NCBI GenBank assembly: GCA_051313645.2
Contig: JBNRSN020000019.1
Location: 58,528,001-58,592,000 of the forward strand
Direction of reading: 5' to 3'
DNA length: 64,000 nt
From: Centroscyllium fabricii
Taxonomy: Eukaryota
Made by a program: the position numbers and the translations under genes. Positions 57,201-64,000 of the stretch are shown here, one piece after another. The notes under the pieces were generated by a model. That model searched no databases. It was not told the DNA's origin and saw only the letters and a list, made by a program, of their open reading frames with translations. The number at the start of each line of letters is the position of its first letter. The stretch's first letter is position 1.

Positions 57201-59172
57201 GGAGAAGTCTAGGATTTTTCTCCTACTATGCACAATGTGTCCCGCAGTTCGCAGACAAGGCTAGACCACACTTCAAGGCTGCCGTCTTCCCTCTTTCATT
57301 AGAAGCTCAAACGGCATTCGAAAAGATAAAAGGAGATATTATCAAGGCGACCATGCTCGCTGTTGATGAATCCATCCCTTTCCAGGTGGAGAGTGACGCT
57401 TCGGACTTTGCCCTTGCGGCCACCCTGAATCAGGCAGGCAGGCCCGTAGCGTTTTTCTCCCGTACCTTACAGGGACTCGAAACTCGCCACTCAGCAGTGG
57501 AAAAGGAGGCCCAGGCCATTGTGGAGGCCGTGCGCTACTGGCGTCATTACCTGGCCGGTAAGTGTTTTACCCTGCTCACCGACCAACGGTCGGTGGCGTT
57601 TATGTTTAACAATAAACTACGGGGTAAAATCAAGAATGATAAGATCATGCAGTGGCGGATCGAACTCTCGACTTACGAGTACGACATTCTTTACCGACCA
57701 GGTAAACTCAACGAACCCCCGGACGCACTGTCCAGGGGAACGTGCGCCAGTGCCCAGCTAGACCGGCTGAAGGAACTCCACGACCGCCTTTGCCACCCGG
57801 GTGTCACCAGACTCGCCCATTTTGTCAAATCTCATAACCTCCCCTACTCCATCACGGAGATCAAGGCTATGACCCGCGATTGCCCTGCCTGCGCCGAGTG
57901 CAAACCCCACTTTTTCCGGCCAGACACGGCGCACCTCATCAAGGCCACCCGCCCCTTTCAACACCTCAGCGTAGACTTCAAAGGCCCCCTCCCCTCCACT
58001 GACCGCAACTCATACTTCCTCACGGTAGTGGATGAGTTCTCCCGCTTCCCCTTCGCCTTCCCCTGCCCAGACATGACGAGCGCAACGGTGATCAAACACT
58101 TCACCACGCTGTTCGCCATTTTCGGTCTCCCCAGCTATATCCATAGCGACCGGGGGTCATCGTTCATGAGCGATGAACTGCGCCAGTTTCTGCTCCAGAA
58201 AGGGGTTGCCACAAGCAGAACGACCAGTTACAACCCCCGGGGGAACGGCCATGTAGAAAGGGAGAATGGGATCATTTGGAAGGCGGTCACCCTGGCCCTC
58301 AAGTCCAGAGGCCTTCCAGTGTCCCATTGGCAGGCAGTCCTCCCAGACGCGCTGCACTCTATTAGGTCGTTATTATGTACAGCTACTAATGCCACCCCGC
58401 ACGATCTTGTGTTTTCTTTCAACAGGAAGTCAACTTCGGGGACGGTGCTCCCACCATGGCTGACGACCCCTGGGCCAGTGCTTCTTAAGCGGCACGTTCG
58501 GTGCCACAAGATGGACCCCCTGGTGGACAAGGTACAGCTCCTACACGCCAACCCGCACTATGCCTTTGTGCAGTTCCCAGACGGGCGTGAGGACACCGTG
58601 TCCATCAGGGACCTGGCCCCGGCCGGCACCACCGCCACAGCGCCTCCTGCTGGCCAGCAGGTCGACCTACCATCAAACACAAGATGGGCCCCGAGTTTCC
58701 CCGCCGATGCACCAGACGAGGTTCAGCAGAACCCACCACGTCCTGAAACTACAGCACCGACGGAGGCGGACTATTCGGCCACGGGGGCATCACCACCAAC
58801 TTCGGAACCCCGGCGGTCCGCCAGACAAACGCGACCGCCGGAGAGACTTATCACGAACTGTTCGATATATTCACCCCCCCCCCGGACTCAAAGTTTTTAA
58901 CAAGGGGTGAATGTGGTAACCCTTATATGGGTAACCCTTATATGGGTTACCATTGTTGTATACCTGTGTGCTAAGATGTTACTGGGAGCCAGGTCAGCCA
59001 CACCCCCGACTCCTCCCCCCAAGTGGGAGCACTATAAAGGTGTGGTCTGACCCAGCCCCTTTCATTCCTGTATGTAATCTGCCAAGGAGATACCTCCATT
59101 CTTTATTAATTAAAAGCCTAGTATTAACGGTAACTACGAGTCGTCTTTAATTAAGTTAGCGACCACGCTACA
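54261..59172 (+). mobile_element. Gypsy element F (relative of A); LTRs 54261-54520 and 58912-59172
   Basis: TSD CAGAG; TG...CA termini; PPT AACAAGGGGTGAA; pol closely similar to element A; no tRNA PBS. Confidence 0.95.
54542..58900 (+). CDS. 1452-aa open Gag-PR-RT-RH-IN polyprotein of element F (gag internally deleted, linker repeat-expanded)
   Basis: Two CCHC knuckles, LFDTGS, YLDN, ESDASD, HHCC, DDE. Confidence 0.92.
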   Translation: MESSTVRPRELDISPRDAAAPITFKLWFKVLEAYMAVAKAETDAQKLQALLSNISSRVFTLIKDHTTYVEMVVTLKRYYVWAATQQAPRIESPTMAATATTDTKHKHCYFCGKGLHPRAKCPAKTATCDKCSKKGHFSKVCRSNPAPKRYNRACEINQQVSCICSEIQRRQAACEINQQVSCTCSEIQRRQAACEINQQVSCICSTTHRRQVPPSPILMRPAKRDTTTRSAACESRAPPARSLRSTPIPMRPAKRDTTTRSAACESRAPRSAPIPMRPAKRDTTTRSAACESRAPPAARSLRSAPIPMRPAKRDPPTRPAACEPRAPPAPSPRFAASGSWAPPARQQTESCLPPGPSMCEQGGRPSCLPPGPSMCDQGGRPSCLHPGPPMCEPGGRPFCGGRPFCGGRPFCQVPSTCEPGGRPFCIQGPSMCEPGGRPFCFQGPSMCEPGGRPFCQVPSTCEPGGWPFCFQGPSMCKPGGRPFCAQLPSAGAAATGPTVSQDKPHTLSNSIRPIKINDHTVNCLFDTGSTESFIHPNTVRRFGLQVLPTNYQVSLASQSHTADVTGYCSVMLTVQGRVYRNFKLYTLQQLCAPALLGLDFQCHFRSVTMEFGGTLPPLTLSSRDNPLPKRTPACGLSTLKIDPPSLFANLDPKCKPIATKSRRYSEGDRTFIRSEVGRMLKEGIIEASTSPWRAQVVVVKSGDKHRLVIDYSQTINRYTGLDAYPLPRISEMVNQIAQYKVFSTIDLKSAYHQLPIRKADRPYTTFEANGRLYHFLRVPFGVTNGVSVFQREMDRMVDQNDLQATFPYLDNVTICGHDQQDHDANLAKFLDTAAKLDLTYNKDKCVFNTDRLAILGYVVENGVLGPDPQRMRPLLELPLPNNPKALRRSLGFFSYYAQCVPQFADKARPHFKAAVFPLSLEAQTAFEKIKGDIIKATMLAVDESIPFQVESDASDFALAATLNQAGRPVAFFSRTLQGLETRHSAVEKEAQAIVEAVRYWRHYLAGKCFTLLTDQRSVAFMFNNKLRGKIKNDKIMQWRIELSTYEYDILYRPGKLNEPPDALSRGTCASAQLDRLKELHDRLCHPGVTRLAHFVKSHNLPYSITEIKAMTRDCPACAECKPHFFRPDTAHLIKATRPFQHLSVDFKGPLPSTDRNSYFLTVVDEFSRFPFAFPCPDMTSATVIKHFTTLFAIFGLPSYIHSDRGSSFMSDELRQFLLQKGVATSRTTSYNPRGNGHVERENGIIWKAVTLALKSRGLPVSHWQAVLPDALHSIRSLLCTATNATPHDLVFSFNRKSTSGTVLPPWLTTPGPVLLKRHVRCHKMDPLVDKVQLLHANPHYAFVQFPDGREDTVSIRDLAPAGTTATAPPAGQQVDLPSNTRWAPSFPADAPDEVQQNPPRPETTAPTEADYSATGASPPTSEPRRSARQTRPPERLITNCSIYSPPPRTQSF

Positions 59173-59297
59173 CAGAGGCCATCTGCCAGCACAAGAGGAG
59201 GCTACCGGCAACAAAGTATTTTCAAGGGAGGTGTTGTGAGGTTCTCGCAACTGGAGGTGGGGGGGGGGGTGGGGGAACCCCAGGTCAGCAGAGGCTT

Positions 59298-60141
59298 GGG
59301 GGAGAAATTCGGTATTGCTCCGTTTGGGGCGCAATTATCGGCTGCGCGCAAAGCGTAGTGCCTGGCGCTAATTATCGCCTCTGACTGCAAACTTGGCTTC
59401 TATCGTCCCTGGAGGTGATTGGAGCGCTAATTCAGGCATTACACACCTCTCTTAAGGTGCTAACGCCGAGGAGCGAGGCGCTACCTCAGAGCGCTGGCGA
59501 AGCTCATGTGATGTCAGTCAGCAATGGAACACAGCGCCAGCCAGTTCTTAAAGGGGAGGGTTGATCTTGCTCCCCATCCACATCCTGCTCATTGCAGCCT
59601 TGAATCTCGGCCTGGAGAGACCTGTACATCAAATCTGCTGGAAAGAGGCCCAGGGAAAGAGATCAGAGTGCAGCCCCCACAGTCTCTTCTAAATCGATGC
59701 AAGGAAACTCAAATCAAAATGAACCTGCAAAGTGCTGCTCAATACCCAAAGCTCCTTCACACAGCGTTGAATCTCTCCAGAAGTCTCTCTCGTGGTGCAA
59801 AAATGTCGCCGACAAAAAAAGGCAGGAAGTGGACGCCTTTAAATAGCGCTCCCCCAGTCCCTTCCCGACTGCAAAACACTCCCCTCAACCTGTCGTGGCT
59901 AGAGGCAGGCGGTAAGGCAGGGGGCGCCACTCAATATCCTGTCCGGGGTGCTACCGAGACATTGCACACTCGACTGACGTCACGATCTGCAGGCGCAGAA
60001 GATCGTGGTGGTAGTGTTTAGCGCTGCCGCAAAATGTCTGGTCAATTTCATGAGTGGCACAAACATCGCCGCGCCTGGGCACTAGTTCCTTTGCACCCCA
60101 TTATGCTAATAGGAGGCGCAAAGCAACCAAACTTTTCCCCC
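59298..60141. mobile_element. Old Harbinger-type MITE
   Basis: Termini GGGGGAGAAATT / AACTTTTCCCCC with AGCGC-rich subterminal motifs. Confidence 0.5.
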
Positions 60142-61098
60142 TTGAACTTTACTTGTGGGGCCCAGTGGAGCACTGTTGCTCCCTCTGGTCCCACTAAGGA
60201 AAGTTTTTATATTTAAGTTTCTCTCCACCCTCAAGTTATAGCATTGATGAACAACACGATTGCACTGGCTTTCCTAGCACTCAGTGACAGGCTGCATATT
60301 CTTGTCACTCACATGCCCGTCAAATATACCCACCCTTATTTGGTTGGACAATTTCAACGTTTACCATCACATCTGGTAGACAATTCCAGAAGTTGTGAGG
60401 GAGAGCAGGAAGCCAGCAGAGTGTTTCCTGAAGAATTTCTTACCCCTGTCCTCTGGATTTACACTGAGGAGCCGATATATCTCCAGTGGAAAATCCATCC
60501 TCAGATCTCTGCTTTGCAGATAATCACTGGCAAAATACCTAATGACAATGGTGGAAAGCTTGAAAATCCTTAATATAAGTCGTCTGGGATGGAAAATGCT
60601 TATTTAGAAGAAAGAAAAGTAGAAAAAATAAAATGTTAGCAAACCCTTTAGCCACAAATGTTTTGTGGCCTGAACGTGTATAGGGACTGATACAGCAATT
60701 GGGACCACAGAGATGGTTCCATTTATTATAGTTTATTCTATTGCTTTTGTAAGTTTTTTTAATTGTTAAAGGTTTGCGTGGTTGAATTTTTTTATTATGC
60801 AATAATAGTTTGACATACCAACTACCAGTGATGTAGGTGGTAAATCAGGTGAGATTGAGTTTTAGGTAAGTGATTGGTTGGCAAGTATTTCTCTCTTTTT
60901 AAAATTAAACTCGGTTTATAGTTTGTTTGTAAACCAGAGCCCTTAAAAATAGCATTTAGTTGTAAGGTAACTTCAATTCTGTGGTTTATATTTTCTAGGG
61001 TCTCTGTGGTATAGCGGGGACTTCTGCCATACAAGCTCCCTAGAGTATATCTTTAATTGGTGGTATTGAGTTAATCTAAATTAATTGAAGGGTAAGTC

Positions 61099-64000
61099 AT
61101 GGCAGGACAGCTCAGACCCGTGGTATGCTCCTCCTGCTCTATGTGGGAAATCAGGGACACTTCCTGTGTCCCTGACAAACATGTGTGCGGGAAGGGTATC
61201 CAGCTGCAGCTACTAACAGACCGCGTTGTGGCACTGGAGCTGCGGTTGGATTCATATTGGAGCATTAGCAATGCTGAGAACATCGTGGATAACTCATTTA
61301 GTGAGTTGGTCACACCGCAGATCAAGGGTGTACAGGCAGGAAGGGAATGGGTGACCATCAAGCAGAGTAAGAGGTGCAGGCAGGTAGTGCAGGGATCCCA
61401 TGTGGCCATCCCCCTCTCAAACAGATATACCACTTTGGATACTGTTGGGGGGTTGACTTATCAGGGGTAGGCAGCAGCAGCCAACTTCATGGCACCATGA
61501 GTGGCTCTGCTGCACAGGCTGGGAGGAAAAAGATTGGAAGGGCTATAGTGATAGGGGACTCAATTGTAAGGGGAATAGATAGGCATTTCTGCGGCTGCAA
61601 ATGAGACTCCAGGATGGTATGTTGCCTCCCTGGTGCAAGGGTCAAGAACACCTCGGAGCGGCTAGAGAACATTTTGGAGGGGGAGGGCGAACAGCCAGTT
61701 GTCGTGGTGCACATAGGCACCAACAATATAGGTAAAAAATGGGATGAGGTCCTAAAAGCAGAATATAGGGAGTTAGGAGGTAAATTAAAAAATAGGACCT
61801 CAAAGGTAGTAATCTCAGGATTGCTACCAGTGCCACATGCCAGTCAGAGTAGAAATGGGAGGATTTTTCCAATGAATACGTGGCTAGAGGAATGGTGCCA
61901 GGGGGGAGGGTTTCAAATTCCTTGGACATTGGAACCGGTTCTGGGAGAGGTGGGACCAGTACAAACGGGGCGGTTTGCACCTGGGCAGGGCCTGGACCAA
62001 TGTCCTTGGGGTGGTGTTTGCTAGTGGTGTTGGGGAGTGTTTAAACTAAAGTGGCAGGGGTTGGGAACCTGAGCAGGGCGACAGAGGAAAGTGAATCAAG
62101 GATAAAAGCAAAAGACAAGAAGGAGAAAAACAAAATTGGAAGGCATGAAACTCAACAGTGTATATCAAACATGGTCACAGTAAATAATAATTCATATAGG
62201 TCAGAGAGCGTTAAAAAAACAAGCCTGAAGGCTTTGTGTCTTAATGCAAGGAGCATTCGGAACAAGGTGGATGAATTAGCTGTGCAAATAGAGGTAAACA
62301 AATATGATTTGATTGGGATTACAAAAACATGACTCCAAGGTGGCTAAGACTGGGAACTCAACATCCAGGGGTATTCAATATTTAGGAAGGTAGGCAAAAA
62401 AGAAAGGGAGCTGTGGTAGCACTGCTGGTTAAAGAGGGGATTAACACAATTGAAAGGAAGGATATTAACTCTGAAAATGCAGAATCTGTATGGGTAGAAT
62501 TGAGAAATATCAAGAGGCAGAAAACATTAGTGGGAGTGGTATATAGACCTCCAAACAGTAATACGGAGGTTGGGGATGGCAATAAAAGGGAAATTAGAGA
62601 AGCATGCAGTAAGGGCACAGCAGTCATCATGGGTGACTTTAATTTACATATAGATTGGGCTAGCCAAATTAGTAAAAATACTGTGGAGGAGGAATTCCTA
62701 GAATGTTTAAGGGATGGTTTTCTGAAACAATATGTCAAGGAACCAACCAGAGATCAGGCCATCTTAGATTGGGTATTATGTAATGAGAGAGGATTAATTA
62801 GCAATCTTGTTGTATGAGGCCCCTTGGGTCAAAGCGATCATAATATGATAGAGTTCTTCATTAGGTTGGAGAGTAAAGTAGTTGACACAGAGACTAGGGT
62901 CCTGAATTTAAATAAAGGAAACTACGATGGTATGAGGCACGAATTGGGTAGGATTGATTGGGGAATGTCACTCAAAGGATTGACTGTTGATAGGCAATGG
63001 CAAACATTAAAAGACCACATGGATGAACTACAGAAGTTGTTCATCCCAGTATGGCATAAGAATAAAACAAAAAGGGTGACTCAACCATGGCTAATGAGGG
63101 AAATTAGGGATAGCATAAGATCCAAGGAGAGGGCATATAAACTGGCCAAAAAAGCGGTAACCCTGAGGATTGGGAGCAGTTTAAGATTCAACAAAGGAGG
63201 ACAAAGGGATTAATTAAGAAGGGGAAAATAGAATATGAAAGTAAGCTTGCAGGGAACATAAAAACTGACTGTAAGAGCTTTCATAGATATGTGAAGAGAA
63301 AAAGATTAGTGAAATCAAGTGTAGGTCCCTTGCAGTCAAAAGCAGGGGAAGTTATGTAAAAGTTCGCAATTACCGCGATTCAATAACAACAGGAGAAAAG
63401 CCAGTTTAATTGAACATTTTATTAGACAAAATGGCTGCAACACAGAAAAGGGCTGCGGCTCTTTGAAAGAGAGAGAGAGGGGCCTCTAAGCTGGCCACCA
63501 GACCCCGTGACCAACCGACCAGAACTTTCCAGTACATCTCCCGAGTTACAGTAACTGCCGTCCAGACAGCATTATGTATTGGCTTTGCAAAAGCCCGCGA
63601 AAACTTGCCAGCGCCCAGACATGGAGGAACCCCTTACAGTTATAATGGGGAACAAAGAAATGGCAGACCAGTTAAATGCATATTTTGGCTCTGTCATCAC
63701 AAAGGAGGACACAAATAACCTCCCAGAGATGTTGGAGAACAGAAGGGCTGATGAAAAGGAGGAACTAAAATAAATCAGTATTTGTAGGGAAATGGTGTTA
63801 AGGAAATTGACGGGACTGAAGGCTGATAAATCACCAGGGCCTGATAATATACATCCTAGGGTACTTAAGGAAGTGGCCCTAGAAATAGTAGATGCATTAC
63901 TGATCATCTTCCAACATTAGCTGGAATCTGGAACTATACCCATGGATTGGAGGGTAGCTAATGTTACCCCACTATTCAAAAAAGGTGGTAGAGAGAAAGC
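61099..64000 (+). mobile_element. CR1 LINE with ORF1 (Cys zinc finger/leucine zipper plus SGNH esterase) and ORF2 (APE, into RT), decayed; runs off the window
   Basis: CSSCSMWE, IVIGDSIVR, CCLPGARV, VHIGTN; LCLNARSI, GVVYRPPN, MGDFN, SDHN, KSPGPD..HP. Confidence 0.92.
63355..63638. mobile_element. 284-bp solo LTR-like insertion in CR1 ORF2, related to the start of the element B LTR
   Basis: TGTAA...TTACA termini; TSD GTTA (63351-63354, 63639-63642); shared motifs with 13692-13900. Confidence 0.82.

Overview
Eukaryotic, repeat-dense genomic window with no confidently identifiable host gene. It most likely comes from a cartilaginous fish (inference from a V-SINE/HE1-like SINE, Deu-SINE tails and shark-type CR1/L2 tails). 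It holds six two-LTR retroelements with intact TSDs. (1) and (2) Two related short-LTR Gypsy elements (1430-6325, 54261-59172) lack a tRNA primer-binding site. Instead each has a 13-nt segment complementary to its own LTR poly(A) signal, which covaries between the two families, and both carry an atypical YLDN RT motif. (3) A young retrovirus/lokiretrovirus-like non-autonomous element with 1665-bp LTRs (13692-21454), a UGA-CUA gag stop in frame with pol, and an in-frame mini-pol stripped of its catalytic cores. (4) A decayed Mag-type Gypsy (21995-27448). (5) An intact CsRn1-type Gypsy (40402-44826). (6) A self-priming sushi-type Gag-protease-only element (47377-50554). Also present: a Tx1-like LINE abutting a SINE tRNA head, several CR1/L2 fragments, SINEs, three solo LTRs, many Harbinger-type MITEs, a decayed autonomous Harbinger and a Tigger-like MITE. 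All calls were made by eye from motifs, repeats and the ORF track; no database searches were run.
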